59,703 nt of DNA from Thermoproteota archaeon. GTDB lineage: Archaea > Thermoproteota > EX4484-205 > JAAOZP01. The translations under genes were made by a program, and so were the position numbers. Numbering within the stretch: position 1 is the first letter of the stretch; each line of letters opens with the position of its first letter. The notes beneath the pieces are model-generated. The model made no database searches, was not told the origin of the DNA, and worked only from the letters and a program-made list of their open reading frames with translations. The DNA lies in NCBI GenBank assembly GCA_049700215.1, contig JBNAVT010000009.1, positions 1 through 59,703 of the forward strand, read 5' to 3'. Shown here in pieces: positions 20,448 through 29,919 of the stretch.

Positions 20448-21011
20448 TTGAATAAGGCTAATGTCCTAGCGCTAGGCGTACTGTTGATAGCGCTAAGCCT
20501 TTATCTTCAAGTATTGTATAACAATCCGGGCGGTATTTTAAAGGAAACCGTGGAAAACTACAACATCAACGAAAACACGTTTATATCCGTAACGACTCTG
20601 GTTTTCTCAGCCGGTTTAATAATTGTAATAGGCTCGATTTTAATCAAGCCGAGGAGAAGGATCATAGCTGCTGGTGAAGCCTCCTTCTCGGCAGGAGCCG
20701 CTGGTGAAGCTGCTCCAAGCGAGGCTGTTGAAGAAGGCTATCAGAAGGAGGCTGCTTACAGTGGGGCGGGGGTTGAAGCTGCTTACAGTGGGGAGGAAGC
20801 GGAGACCGTTGAAAAAGACGAAGCCGGATTTGAGCAGGCGTATGAAGAGGAGGCTCCTGCCGTGGAGTCTTACGAGCCTCCGGAGGAGGTCTTAGAACAG
20901 GAGGAGAAGCCTGAAAGGATTAGTGAGGTAGTTGGCTTCTGCCCAAGGTGCGGCGCCCCCGTGTCGGAGGGTATGCGTTACTGCAGGAAATGCGGTTTGA
21001 AGCTTAAGTAG
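20448..21011 (+). CDS. Membrane protein with acidic linker and C-terminal zinc ribbon
   Basis: Two TM helices, Glu/Ala-rich linker, FCPRCG...YCRKCG. Confidence 0.75.
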   Translation: MNKANVLALGVLLIALSLYLQVLYNNPGGILKETVENYNINENTFISVTTLVFSAGLIIVIGSILIKPRRRIIAAGEASFSAGAAGEAAPSEAVEEGYQKEAAYSGAGVEAAYSGEEAETVEKDEAGFEQAYEEEAPAVESYEPPEEVLEQEEKPERISEVVGFCPRCGAPVSEGMRYCRKCGLKLK

Positions 21012-21091
21012 CCTGCGTGTTTCCAGGGTGTTTCCTGTTTCCACAGCCTCAAGATAATTTTATAAGGGTAAAATATATTATTCACTGCAAT

Positions 21092-22156
21092 ATGGGGAGG
21101 ATCAGAGTAGCAATAGCCGGTGTTGGAAACTGCGCGTCCGCGCTCGTTCAGGGAGTATACTTCTACCGGGAGAAGGAGGGTGATTCAATCGGATTAGCAC
21201 ACCCGGAGATCGGGGGCTATCGGCCCGGGGACATAGAGTTCGTAGCTGCCTTCGACGTCAGCAGGAGGAAGGTTGGCAAGGATTTGAGCGAGGCAATATT
21301 CGAGAAGCCGAACAACACTATAAGGTTTCAGGAAGTACCTAGGACCGGTGTTACTGTTAAGAGGGGCCCCGTCCTAGATGGTGTCGGCAGGTATCTGAGG
21401 GAAGTGATAGAGTTCTCAGACGATAAGGAGGTGGATGTTGCTGAGGAGCTGAAGTCCTCCGGGGCGGATGTTCTGGTGAACTATCTTCCCGTTGGCAGCG
21501 AGAACGGGAGCCGTTTCTACGCTAAGTCGGCGCTCGAGGCTGGCGTCGCCTTCGTGAACGCCATGCCCACGTTCATAGCTTCTTCAAGCGAGTGGCAGAC
21601 AAGGTTTGCTGAAAAAAGACTGCCGATAGCGGGTGACGACGTTATGAGTCAGCTTGGCGCAACCGTTTTGCATAAGACGTTGATCAAGCTTCTCGTCGAC
21701 AGGGGTGTTAAAGTGGATGAATCCTACCAGCTGAACATAGGTGGGGACACTGATTTTCTCAACATGCTGGAGCAGCAGAGGCTTGCTTCTAAAAGGGAGA
21801 GCAAGACCTCGGCTGTCAGGGCAATGTCTCCCTACGAGATGCCGCTTCGCATAGGACCTAGCGATTACGTTCCTTTCCTGGAGAACGAGAAGATATGCTA
21901 CATATGGGTTAAAGGAAGGTATTTCGGGGGAGCTCCCTTAACCATAGACCTTAAGCTTTCAGTCATAGACTCGCCTAATAGCGCCGGGGTAGTAATAGAT
22001 GCTTTAAGAGGCGTCAAGATTGCTTTAGACAGGGGTGTTGGCGGCCCGCTGGTTAGTGTTTCAGCATACTGCTTCAAGCATCCTCCTGTTCAAATGCCTT
22101 ACGAGGAGGCTAAGCGGAGTTTCCTGGAGTTTGCCCGAGGGGAACGCGACAGATAG
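21092..22156 (+). CDS. ino1: myo-inositol-1-phosphate synthase
   Basis: GVGNCASALVQG, NYLPVGS, GDD.MSQLGAT, DSPNSAG; start placed at MGRIRVAI. Confidence 0.95.
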   Translation: MGRIRVAIAGVGNCASALVQGVYFYREKEGDSIGLAHPEIGGYRPGDIEFVAAFDVSRRKVGKDLSEAIFEKPNNTIRFQEVPRTGVTVKRGPVLDGVGRYLREVIEFSDDKEVDVAEELKSSGADVLVNYLPVGSENGSRFYAKSALEAGVAFVNAMPTFIASSSEWQTRFAEKRLPIAGDDVMSQLGATVLHKTLIKLLVDRGVKVDESYQLNIGGDTDFLNMLEQQRLASKRESKTSAVRAMSPYEMPLRIGPSDYVPFLENEKICYIWVKGRYFGGAPLTIDLKLSVIDSPNSAGVVIDALRGVKIALDRGVGGPLVSVSAYCFKHPPVQMPYEEAKRSFLEFARGERDR

Positions 22157-22172
22157 TTTTAAACATCTTTCC

Positions 22173-22607
22173 TTAGCCTCTACCTTCCCCTAAGACGGTT
22201 AGCTCCATAAGGGCCTCAGAACCCCTCCTGAGATTTTTAACAATCCTGCGATCTATGTCTCTCGCGCTCTTACTGCTTTCAACACCCACGGTTTTACCGC
22301 AAACATACCGGCTTTTCCTAAAAATCATCGTCTTATCGTCTTCGAACGAGAGGCTTGGGTCACCATAGCATTCGAACACGTCCTCAAGGTCTCCGACAAT
22401 TATCCTAACCAGGATCTTCACACGTCTCCGAGCAGCGTTCTTAAATTCTTCTGAAAGGGTTGAGGGAGACTTGTCTGCAGAAACCATCAGGAAGCAGTCG
22501 CCGGCTACGCTAACTTCAGGGTCAACAGTGGTTGCAAGCGTAGTCGGGTGCGTAGCCCTTATGTTCAGATGGCCTTTTCCACGCACCTGTTCAACGATCC
22601 TACTCAT
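22173..22607 (-). CDS. DUF371 family protein
   Basis: GHLNIRATHPTT, GDC, IFRKS motifs. Confidence 0.85.
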   Translation of the reverse strand: MSRIVEQVRGKGHLNIRATHPTTLATTVDPEVSVAGDCFLMVSADKSPSTLSEEFKNAARRRVKILVRIIVGDLEDVFECYGDPSLSFEDDKTMIFRKSRYVCGKTVGVESSKSARDIDRRIVKNLRRGSEALMELTVLGEGRG

Positions 22608-22612
22608 TTCGC

Positions 22613-23350
22613 TTGAAAAACGTTTTATCCAAGGGGTTAATAAATAGTGGCGTGGAGATGAGAGAAACAGCCGGGCAGGACCCTTTTCTGGAGAAGAGGA
22701 GGAGGCTTGTTGAACAGCTTGTCGCAGAAGGCGTTGTGAAGACAGAGATGGTGAGGAACGCGATGCTCAGGGTCCCTAGGCACGAGTTCGTCTGGCCAAG
22801 CCAGCTGGAGTATGCTTACGACGATATTCCTCTCCCCCTCGGGGACACGGGTCAGACGATTTCAGCACCCCACATGGTGGCCATCATGAACGAGCTTCTC
22901 GAAGTCCAAATAGGAGACAGGATTCTAGAGGTTGGCACTGGAAGCGGCTACCATGCGGCTACGCTCGCCGTTTTAACCTGCCCAAGCCTGGATTCACCCA
23001 GCCCCCTGGTTTACACCGTTGAGATAAACAGTAGTCTCGTGAAGTTTGCCGAATCCAATTTCACGAGGCTTGGCTTCAGCAGGGTCATTAAGGTCGTCGA
23101 GGGAGATGGCTCCAAAGGTTATCCTGAGGCCTCGCCTTACGACCGCATACTCGTTACGGCAGCAGCGCCCAAGATTCCTCCACCGCTCATAGAGCAGTTG
23201 AAGCCAGGCGGCAGGATGGTTATACCCGTTCAATCAAGATTCTTCGAGCAGAACCTGATTCTCGTGGAGAAAGACGTTGACGGCAGGGTGAGGAAGAGTA
23301 ATGCTGGGCCCGTGATCTTCGTGCCTTTAAGGGGGGACTACGGCTTCTAG
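22613..23350 (+). CDS. pcm: Protein-L-isoaspartate O-methyltransferase
   Basis: VPRHEF, QTISAPHM, LEVGTGSGY, PYDRI. Confidence 0.95.
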   Translation: MKNVLSKGLINSGVEMRETAGQDPFLEKRRRLVEQLVAEGVVKTEMVRNAMLRVPRHEFVWPSQLEYAYDDIPLPLGDTGQTISAPHMVAIMNELLEVQIGDRILEVGTGSGYHAATLAVLTCPSLDSPSPLVYTVEINSSLVKFAESNFTRLGFSRVIKVVEGDGSKGYPEASPYDRILVTAAAPKIPPPLIEQLKPGGRMVIPVQSRFFEQNLILVEKDVDGRVRKSNAGPVIFVPLRGDYGF

Positions 23351-23351
23351 T

Positions 23352-24371
23352 CTAGAACCATTTTGAAAGCGCTCCGGCTGGACGCTTCTTCTTAACTTCC
23401 TCCACCGCCTTGACAACCCTGTCCAGCGAGAAGTCGTGCTCATCGTGCAGGAACCTTAAGACCCCTTCCTGGTCAATATCTTTCCACTCCAGTTCCCCAA
23501 CATCCTTAACCCTGGGGTTGAGGAAGAAATCCTTAGCCTCGTAGTATGTTTGGAGCCTCGCAGGGTTTTCCCCATGCTTCCTGAAGATTTCTTCAAGACT
23601 CATTCCTTTCTTAACGAGCTCCAGGGCTCTTTTAGGCCCTATTCCCTTTATGCCCTCCGTGTAGTCGGTTCCTACGAGCAATGCTATGTCTATCAGCTGC
23701 TCCCTTGTTATCGAAAGGCTTCGCAGGGCTTCCTCCAGGGAAATCTCTTCAAGGCTTACCTCGACGTAAGCCTTCTTCCCCGGGAGCTTCCTCCTCCCGG
23801 TTATCGCGAGGTTTCTCACAAGCATCCTGCCCCCGAAGAGAAGCGAGTCGAAATCCTGGCTCCCAACATAGTCGGCGACACCGGTGACAACCATGTGCGC
23901 AGCCTGAGCCTCCCCCTCAGAGGGCGCGTGGACCACTGGAACACCCATGAGCCTCACCAGCTCCTCAGCAGACTTTAAGAGATACTCGTCGAGAGTAGCC
24001 GACATCTGTGCATACTTTCGAGCCTCCTCAAGCATACCAGTCGCCAAGGCCTCCTCATATTTCTTGGAGGCTTCCTCGCGTATCGCTCTCCTCCTCTCCG
24101 CCTCCCCCCTTTTAATTCTAGGCGGCTCGCCGTCGAAAACGTATATTGGTTTCAAACCTGCGGAGAGGAAGTTGCAAGTCCTGTAGAAGAGTCCTGAGAG
24201 ATGACTGGTGATCCTATTCTTAGAATCCATTAAGGGTCTTCCATCCACCCCTCTTATTATCGTTAGAAACTGGTATAGCGTGTTATACATGTCTATCGCC
24301 ACCCTTTTGTTGGCCAGGTTTTCCAGCCTAATCTCCCTAGCCGGAATTATGTCTCCCAGCTGAACACCCAT
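23352..24371 (-). CDS. fen: Flap endonuclease 1
   Basis: MGV, YQFL, TSHLSG, APSEGEAQ, SQDFD, GTDY..GIGPK. Confidence 0.97.
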   Translation of the reverse strand: MGVQLGDIIPAREIRLENLANKRVAIDMYNTLYQFLTIIRGVDGRPLMDSKNRITSHLSGLFYRTCNFLSAGLKPIYVFDGEPPRIKRGEAERRRAIREEASKKYEEALATGMLEEARKYAQMSATLDEYLLKSAEELVRLMGVPVVHAPSEGEAQAAHMVVTGVADYVGSQDFDSLLFGGRMLVRNLAITGRRKLPGKKAYVEVSLEEISLEEALRSLSITREQLIDIALLVGTDYTEGIKGIGPKRALELVKKGMSLEEIFRKHGENPARLQTYYEAKDFFLNPRVKDVGELEWKDIDQEGVLRFLHDEHDFSLDRVVKAVEEVKKKRPAGALSKWF

Positions 24372-24464
24372 CTCTAATGATTTTAAGCCGGATAATATTC
24401 TTAAACCTTGATGTTGAAAGCCAGTGGCCGGGGGAAACCGGCTGGAGGGTTACTCGCTGGAGGA

Positions 24465-24713
24465 CTATGCTCTTGAACCTATGAACTCCAGCCTCTGATC
24501 CTTCCTTCCTGAAGCAAACACCCTTACTAATCCCCTTATTTCCATCGCCATAAGCTCCTTCTCAACCTCGGACACGCTTACTCTGCCAACATCCTTCTCT
24601 AAGCCTCTAAGCAGCTCTGAAAGAGTCATGCTCCTCTTCTTCTCGAGAATGTCGAAAATATAGTTTCTCAGGGGTATTATCCTCCTGTCCTCGCTGCTGG
24701 ATGTTCTAACCAT
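24465..24713 (-). CDS. Small winged-helix protein
   Basis: LSELL...ELMAMEIRGLVRV wHTH pattern. Confidence 0.55.
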   Translation of the reverse strand: MVRTSSSEDRRIIPLRNYIFDILEKKRSMTLSELLRGLEKDVGRVSVSEVEKELMAMEIRGLVRVFASGRKDQRLEFIGSRA

Positions 24714-24993
24714 CTTCTTTCCAAACCTCTATCTTCCTGCTCACCATCAGTATCTCCATGTCTGAAACCCCTGGGGTGCTTTTAATCTCGCTCTCAATCC
24801 TGTCGGATATTCCATCAACCTCAGGAGCCTCAACGTTCATGAGGAGAATTTTCATTCCGAAGAAGAAGTCTGCAGTCTGGGAGGCAATGATCCTTCCGCT
24901 CTTAAGGTTTCCGCTTATCCTCGTTAGAAGCTGGTCTAAGTCGGTTACGCCTTCCCCGGGGAAGACTCTCAGCGTGTACACTATCTGCTTCAT
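24706..24993 (-). CDS. ef1b: Elongation factor 1-beta
   Basis: LRVFP, FFFGMKIL; size; adjacent zinc-finger gene. Confidence 0.8.
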   Translation of the reverse strand: MKQIVYTLRVFPGEGVTDLDQLLTRISGNLKSGRIIASQTADFFFGMKILLMNVEAPEVDGISDRIESEIKSTPGVSDMEILMVSRKIEVWKEDG

Positions 24994-25138
24994 TTTTCAA
25001 CCACCACTGCTCCGGGTGACCGGGTTATAAGCCTAAGTTTTCTTTCACGCAGCAACAGGTTTCGGCTCATTGTTTTCAGCTTCCTATATAAAGTTTTTCT
25101 CAGCCGCTTTTTTAATCAAAAATATAAAACAATCTGGC

Positions 25139-25300
25139 TTAGGGCATAATGTAGCCGCACTTGGGGCATTTAAGTTCTCTCGCGAAAGTCCGGCATTTCT
25201 CGCATCGCCACAAGGTTACTTCCCCACAGTTGAAGCACGTGAACTTCACGTACCTCTCATAGGGGTCTATGGGTCTGCCGCATGATGTGCACGTAACCAT
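25139..25300 (-). CDS. Small zinc-finger protein (HVO_2753/DUF1610-like, 53 aa), not in ORF track
   Basis: MVTCTSCG...FTCFNCG...RCEKCR...KCPKCGY; conserved position upstream of EF-1beta. Confidence 0.85.
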   Translation of the reverse strand: MVTCTSCGRPIDPYERYVKFTCFNCGEVTLWRCEKCRTFARELKCPKCGYIMP

Positions 25301-25392
25301 GGTGAGGGCTGCGCTTGAAGCCGGTTAATAAGCTTAGCGGTTCTCCGGGCACGTGCAATATTTTTATCCTGCTCCCCGGGTTTTTAAAAGAG

Positions 25393-25755
25393 ATGAAAAG
25401 CTTCAGGTTTAAACAGTGCATAGTGGTCAGGATGGACCTTAGAATGTCGTGTGGAAAAACCTGTGTTCAAGTGGCGCATGCAGCAGTTTCCGCCGCCGAG
25501 GAGGCTCGGCGTCTCAAGCCTGAGTGGCTCAGAGAATGGTTTGAAGAAGGCCAGAGGAAAATCGTTTTGAAAACCGGGTCCCTCGAAGAGCTGGTCAGGC
25601 TCAAGGAGGCGGCTTCCAACGAGGGCATACCTGCCTATCTGGTTTCAGACATGGGTCTTACAGAGCTTGAGCCTGGCACAGTAACCTGCCTAGGGCTGGG
25701 GCCTGCTCCCGAAGAGTTGATGAACAGGATTACCGGGGGCCTGCCTCTGCTTTAA
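25393..25755 (+). CDS. pth2: Peptidyl-tRNA hydrolase Pth2
   Basis: [29 protein letters not shown]. Confidence 0.95.
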   Translation: MKSFRFKQCIVVRMDLRMSCGKTCVQVAHAAVSAAEEARRLKPEWLREWFEEGQRKIVLKTGSLEELVRLKEAASNEGIPAYLVSDMGLTELEPGTVTCLGLGPAPEELMNRITGGLPLL

Positions 25756-25805
25756 AGCCCCCTTCAGGGATTGAATTAAGGTTTATTAGGCTTTCAGTCT
25801 TTCCG

Positions 25806-27320
25806 GTGAAGGGCTTGTCGGCATTGAAGCAGCAGAGAAAGTCGGATGTTCTAGTGGAGTTGGCGAAACGCCGGGGTATATTCTGGCCCTCGTACGAGAT
25901 ATACGGCGGGGTGAGGGGTCTACTTACCCTTGGAAATATTGGATTCGAGATTAAGAGGCGCCTGGAAAACCTTTGGATAAAATACTTCGTCTACTCTAGG
26001 AACTTTCAGATAATAGAGTCCCCTGTAATAGGGCCTAGGCCTGTCTACGTCGCCTCAGGCCATGAGACCCAGTTCACGGATAAGGCTTTAAGATGCGAGA
26101 AGTGCGGCGCGGTTTACAGGGCAGACCATCTTCTAAGCGAGGCAGGGATCACTATTCCTGAAGGAGCCTTACTGCAGCAGATTGACGAGGTTGTTTCCAC
26201 CAGGGGCGTTAAATGCCCGAACTGCAAGGGTGATCTTTCTAGGGCGTTCCAGTGGCTTCTAATGTTTAGGACTGAGATAGGCGCGGGGTCTGGAGAAATA
26301 GGTTATCTTCGCCCTGAGACTGCGCAAGGCATATTCACCGAGTTCAAGAGGCTTTACGTCCACGGGAGGTCAAGCCTACCAATGGGTGTTGCTCAAGTGG
26401 GCAGGGTTTTCAGAAACGAGGTCTCTCCCAGACAGGGGCCGATAAGGCTGAGAGAGTTCACGATAATGGAGGTGGAGTTCTTCTTCGACCCGGACTCTCC
26501 GGGGCCCGCTGAGAAAAACTATCTGGAGCACGACATTCCTGTTCTAACTGTGGAGGACCAGGAGAAGGGTCTTTCAGGCTTTAGAAAAATAAGGGTTAAG
26601 GATGCTGTTGAGAAAGGATTATTCACCAACAATTGGCTGCCCTTCTTCCTTGTTCTAACTAAGAGGTTTCTAGAGGCGCTTAAGATTCCTGAGAACGCTT
26701 TCAGGTTCAGGGAGAAGCTTCCCAACGAGAGGGCGCACTACGCTAAACAGCTTTTCGACTGTGAAGTACTGCTTGAATCATGGGGGTGGACGGAGGTCGC
26801 TGGTTTTGCATACCGTACTGACTACGATCTATCTGGACACATGAGGGTTAGCGGCGAGGACATGAATGTTTTCGTTTCTTCCTCAGGCAGGAGGATAGTG
26901 CCCCACGTGGTTGAGCCCAGCTTCGGTGCTGAAAGACTCCTCTACGCTCTCCTAGAATATAGTTTGAGGATTGAGGAGGACGGACGGATATGTCTCTCAA
27001 CCCCGCCATACCTCTCGCCTTTCGACGTTTCAGTCTTCCCCCTGCTTTCTAAGCCGGATTTCGTTAAGAAGGCTGAGGAGGTTGCAAAGATGCTTAGTGA
27101 TTTCAAGGTTAATTTCGACGATTCCGGAAGCATAGGCCGCAGGTATGCGAGATCGGATGAAATAGGCATACCGTTCGCCATCACTATTGATCACCAGACC
27201 TTCTCAGACAACAGTGTGACCCTGAGGTTTAGGGATACTAGGGAGCAGAGGAGAATAGGGGTAGAGGGTCTTCAAGCTGAGCTTTCCAAGATGCTTTCCA
27301 CCCCTAAGCCAGATATTTAA
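25806..27320 (+). CDS. glyS: Glycyl-tRNA synthetase (alpha2 type)
   Basis: YLRPETAQG, FRNEVSPRQG.IRLREF, EPSFG, SIGRRYAR.DEIG. Confidence 0.95.
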   Translation: MKGLSALKQQRKSDVLVELAKRRGIFWPSYEIYGGVRGLLTLGNIGFEIKRRLENLWIKYFVYSRNFQIIESPVIGPRPVYVASGHETQFTDKALRCEKCGAVYRADHLLSEAGITIPEGALLQQIDEVVSTRGVKCPNCKGDLSRAFQWLLMFRTEIGAGSGEIGYLRPETAQGIFTEFKRLYVHGRSSLPMGVAQVGRVFRNEVSPRQGPIRLREFTIMEVEFFFDPDSPGPAEKNYLEHDIPVLTVEDQEKGLSGFRKIRVKDAVEKGLFTNNWLPFFLVLTKRFLEALKIPENAFRFREKLPNERAHYAKQLFDCEVLLESWGWTEVAGFAYRTDYDLSGHMRVSGEDMNVFVSSSGRRIVPHVVEPSFGAERLLYALLEYSLRIEEDGRICLSTPPYLSPFDVSVFPLLSKPDFVKKAEEVAKMLSDFKVNFDDSGSIGRRYARSDEIGIPFAITIDHQTFSDNSVTLRFRDTREQRRIGVEGLQAELSKMLSTPKPDI

Positions 27321-27423
27321 CCAGTGACCGGATGTTAACAGCCGTATAAATACGCATGGTTGAAGCCGGAAAAAGCTTAAAACTCCAGAATGGAATATTA
27401 TTATCCATAGGAATAGTCTGGAA

Positions 27424-28083
27424 ATGTACCCTACTGAGACAACCCTTAGGCTTAAGAGGCAGCTCCTTCAAACATGCCAGGAGCTTGCGAGATACGCCGT
27501 AGATTCTATTAGAGAGGTCCATAATCTCGTCATAGCCTGCCTCGACGGCGACACGTCGAAGCTCGACGAAGCCTTAGCGAACATAAGTGTTCTTAAGAAC
27601 AAGTCGATAGAGACGGAGCGAACACTGTCTAACGAGCTTATTGAAGCAGGAGCCATAATGGCTAGCAGGGAGGATTTCCTGAGGCTAGCGGCCCCGTTAA
27701 CTGACATACCTGATTTATGCGAGGGAATCGTGTTCAGACTGAGAGAGTTCTTCCTCAGGAAAAAGCCCATTGAAAAAAGTCTTAGGGAAGGATTTAAAGA
27801 GCTCGTTGTCAAAACGCTTGAAACCGTTATGAAGCTCAGGGAAGTGATTTTCACACTGGGGTTTGAAACCTCGAAAATACAGGAGTACGCTAGGAGCGTT
27901 GAAGCATATGAGAAGGAGATTGACAGCCTGTTCAGAACCCTGGAGATTAAAATAATATTTTCCAAGGCTGATGTTTCAACCATCCTTCTCCTGAAGGATG
28001 TTGCAAACCTGATTGAGGAGGTTGCGGACAGGGCTGCTGACGCTGCCGACGCTGCGAGAGTGCTTTCCTTAAGCGTATTCTAG
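27424..28083 (+). CDS. DUF47 / PhoU-like helical protein
   Basis: REDFLRL, E.EID, EEVADRAADAAD repeat pattern. Confidence 0.75.
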   Translation: MYPTETTLRLKRQLLQTCQELARYAVDSIREVHNLVIACLDGDTSKLDEALANISVLKNKSIETERTLSNELIEAGAIMASREDFLRLAAPLTDIPDLCEGIVFRLREFFLRKKPIEKSLREGFKELVVKTLETVMKLREVIFTLGFETSKIQEYARSVEAYEKEIDSLFRTLEIKIIFSKADVSTILLLKDVANLIEEVADRAADAADAARVLSLSVF

Positions 28084-28098
28084 GAGGAGGATTGAGAA

Positions 28099-28662
28099 TT
28101 GGAAAGCGAGCAAGCTAAGGTGACTGCTGAGCTCGTTGGCGATCGTTTAATAATATGGAGCATAGAGCACTCTCGAGAGGTCTACCGCATGGGTTTCTTC
28201 GGAAAGCCCCTGGGGATTCCTAAGCCGAAGGACTCGAACTTCAACGCTCCTCTTACGCTCGACCTCTTCGAGGGACTGTATCTTTTAGAAAAAGGAATTA
28301 TACGGGTTGTCGACAGGGAGGACCGGGAGGTTTCTTTCGACCAGCTGCTCAGAGTGGCCTCAAGGATACATGAGGATTTTAAGAGCAAGTTCATAGTTTA
28401 CAGGGATCTTAGGAACAGGGGTTTTGTAGTTACGCCGGGCATTAAATTCGGGTGTGACTTCGCAATATATGAGCATGGGCCAGGCATAGACCATGCGCCC
28501 GCAATACTTGAGGTTAAGAAGAAGGGGGACAGGATAGATGCGCCGGACTTCATCAGAGCGGGAAGGCTTGCAACCTCCGTTAAAAAACTGTTCGTCTTCG
28601 CGATCTCAGACCCGGATGGGAATAATGTAAAATACTTGGTTTCAAAATGGTGGAAAGCCTAG
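28099..28662 (+). CDS. endA: tRNA splicing endonuclease catalytic subunit
   Basis: VYRDLR.RG, GIKFGCDF..Y, GPGIDHA, GRLATSVKK. Confidence 0.93.
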   Translation: MESEQAKVTAELVGDRLIIWSIEHSREVYRMGFFGKPLGIPKPKDSNFNAPLTLDLFEGLYLLEKGIIRVVDREDREVSFDQLLRVASRIHEDFKSKFIVYRDLRNRGFVVTPGIKFGCDFAIYEHGPGIDHAPAILEVKKKGDRIDAPDFIRAGRLATSVKKLFVFAISDPDGNNVKYLVSKWWKA

Positions 28663-28721
28663 TGGGCTATATGTCGACCCCAAATATTTAATATTGTGAC
28701 GCCAAATCCCTTCCCATCCCT

Positions 28722-28896
28722 GTTATGCCGAGTCGCTGCTTAACGCTTTTAAGCGCACGCTGCCCTCTGGAAAGGAAGCAGGGAGCTGGCTCAGCACCTC
28801 GAATGATAACTGGTCAAACCGGTTTCAAGCTTTGAAATCCAGATTAATCTAGGCGGTAGCAGTTATAAGCCTCTAAGGCTCAGCGACACGGCTAAC
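28722..28896. ncRNA. Candidate multi-helix structured RNA of unknown family
   Basis: Long closing helix 28722-28738/28881-28896 enclosing several nested hairpins; no ORF; AT-rich TATA-like box at about 28682-28696. Confidence 0.45.
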
Positions 28897-28910
28897 CCTA
28901 CTGTTCAGCA

Positions 28911-29237
28911 TTAAATAATGCTCTCGTAAACCTGCTTCTTCAGGCTTTCCTCCAGCCGGGGGTCCAGGGAGTCGACAATTCTAAATATTCTTTGGTCAGT
29001 AATCCTGTATACCCTCTTGCTGCCGAGCTTACTCTCCTTAACTATTCCACACTCCTTAAGAATCTTCAAGTGTCGGGAAACCGAGGGCTGAAGAATCCCT
29101 GTTTTCTCAGCGATCTCGCTAACGCATTTCCCACCGTCTCTCAGAAAGCCAACTATCCTTAGTCTAGCTGGATCACTAAGCGCTTCGAAAACCCTTGCTT
29201 TGAATACTTCTTGAGCCTTTCCCATCCGCGTCATCAC
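28911..29237 (-). CDS. ArsR/SmtB family transcriptional regulator
   Basis: FEALSDPARLRI, CVSEI, QPSVSRHLKILKECG. Confidence 0.92.
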   Translation of the reverse strand: MMTRMGKAQEVFKARVFEALSDPARLRIVGFLRDGGKCVSEIAEKTGILQPSVSRHLKILKECGIVKESKLGSKRVYRITDQRIFRIVDSLDPRLEESLKKQVYESII

Positions 29238-29348
29238 GGGAAGCGGGGTTCACAACAGTATTTAAGCATTAATGTCAAGCCTTAGCCTTTAAATGCCTCC
29301 CCCGGGCTAATCGAACCGGGTTTAAGAATGCGTGAGAGGCTTGAAAAA

Positions 29349-29492
29349 TCCCGCGGGCTGGATTTGAACCAGCGACACTCCGGTTTCTGTTCGCCCGGTA
29401 GGCTGAGACGCCTCCACTCGAGGTGGAGGACTACAGCCGGAAGCTTTTGACGCAGCGTGCTATGCTGCCCTACCAGGCTGAGCTACCGCGGG
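29349..29492 (-). tRNA. tRNA-Tyr(GUA) with two introns (22/23: 29446-29469; 37/38: 29385-29430)
   Basis: C1-G72 acceptor CCCGCGG/CCGCGGG-A; TCCGG-CTGTAG^A-CCGGA anticodon arm; GCTGG-TTCAAAT-CCAGC T arm; BHB-like motifs at both introns. Confidence 0.92.
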
Positions 29493-29656
29493 GCCGGATT
29501 CTCCTGCCTAAAGGTGTTTTTTAACTTTTTCCGCCCCGGGTCTGACAGGGCTGAAAAGGGTTCCCGGGGCTTGTTCAAGCAGGCTTATTTTCCTCAACAC
29601 TTGAAACACGGGGGAAACGTTTATTACCCCCTTTTTCAGTATCCTGACGAAATCGC

Positions 29657-29914
29657 TTGGTTAGTAAGAAAAACATTAGTAAAGTGAACATACTCGAACA
29701 TGTTTTAGTGCCCTCTCACAAGGTTTTATCTAGCGAGGAGAGGGAGGCGCTTCTCAGAAAGTACAATATAAAGCCTTCTCAACTCCCTAAGATCCTTGCC
29801 AGCGACCCTGTGGCGGCTGCGATCGGGGCTAAGCCGGGAGACGTTCTTGAGATAACTAGAAAGAGCCAGGTTGCCGGAGTAACCTTGGCCTACCGCATCG
29901 TGGTGGAGGGTTAG
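29657..29914 (+). CDS. rpoH: RNA polymerase subunit Rpo5 (H)
   Basis: [24 protein letters not shown]. Confidence 0.95.
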   Translation: MVSKKNISKVNILEHVLVPSHKVLSSEEREALLRKYNIKPSQLPKILASDPVAAAIGAKPGDVLEITRKSQVAGVTLAYRIVVEG

Positions 29915-29919
29915 ACGGT

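Noticed and set aside
20750-20793. Short direct repeat GCTGCTTACAGTGGG
   Set aside because: Ordinary low-complexity linker duplication (EAAYSG twice).
28760-28790. GGAAAGGAAGCAG resembling SRP RNA helix 8
   Set aside because: The matching CAGG 5' strand and the ~300-nt archaeal SRP architecture are absent; kept only as part of the unknown RNA candidate.
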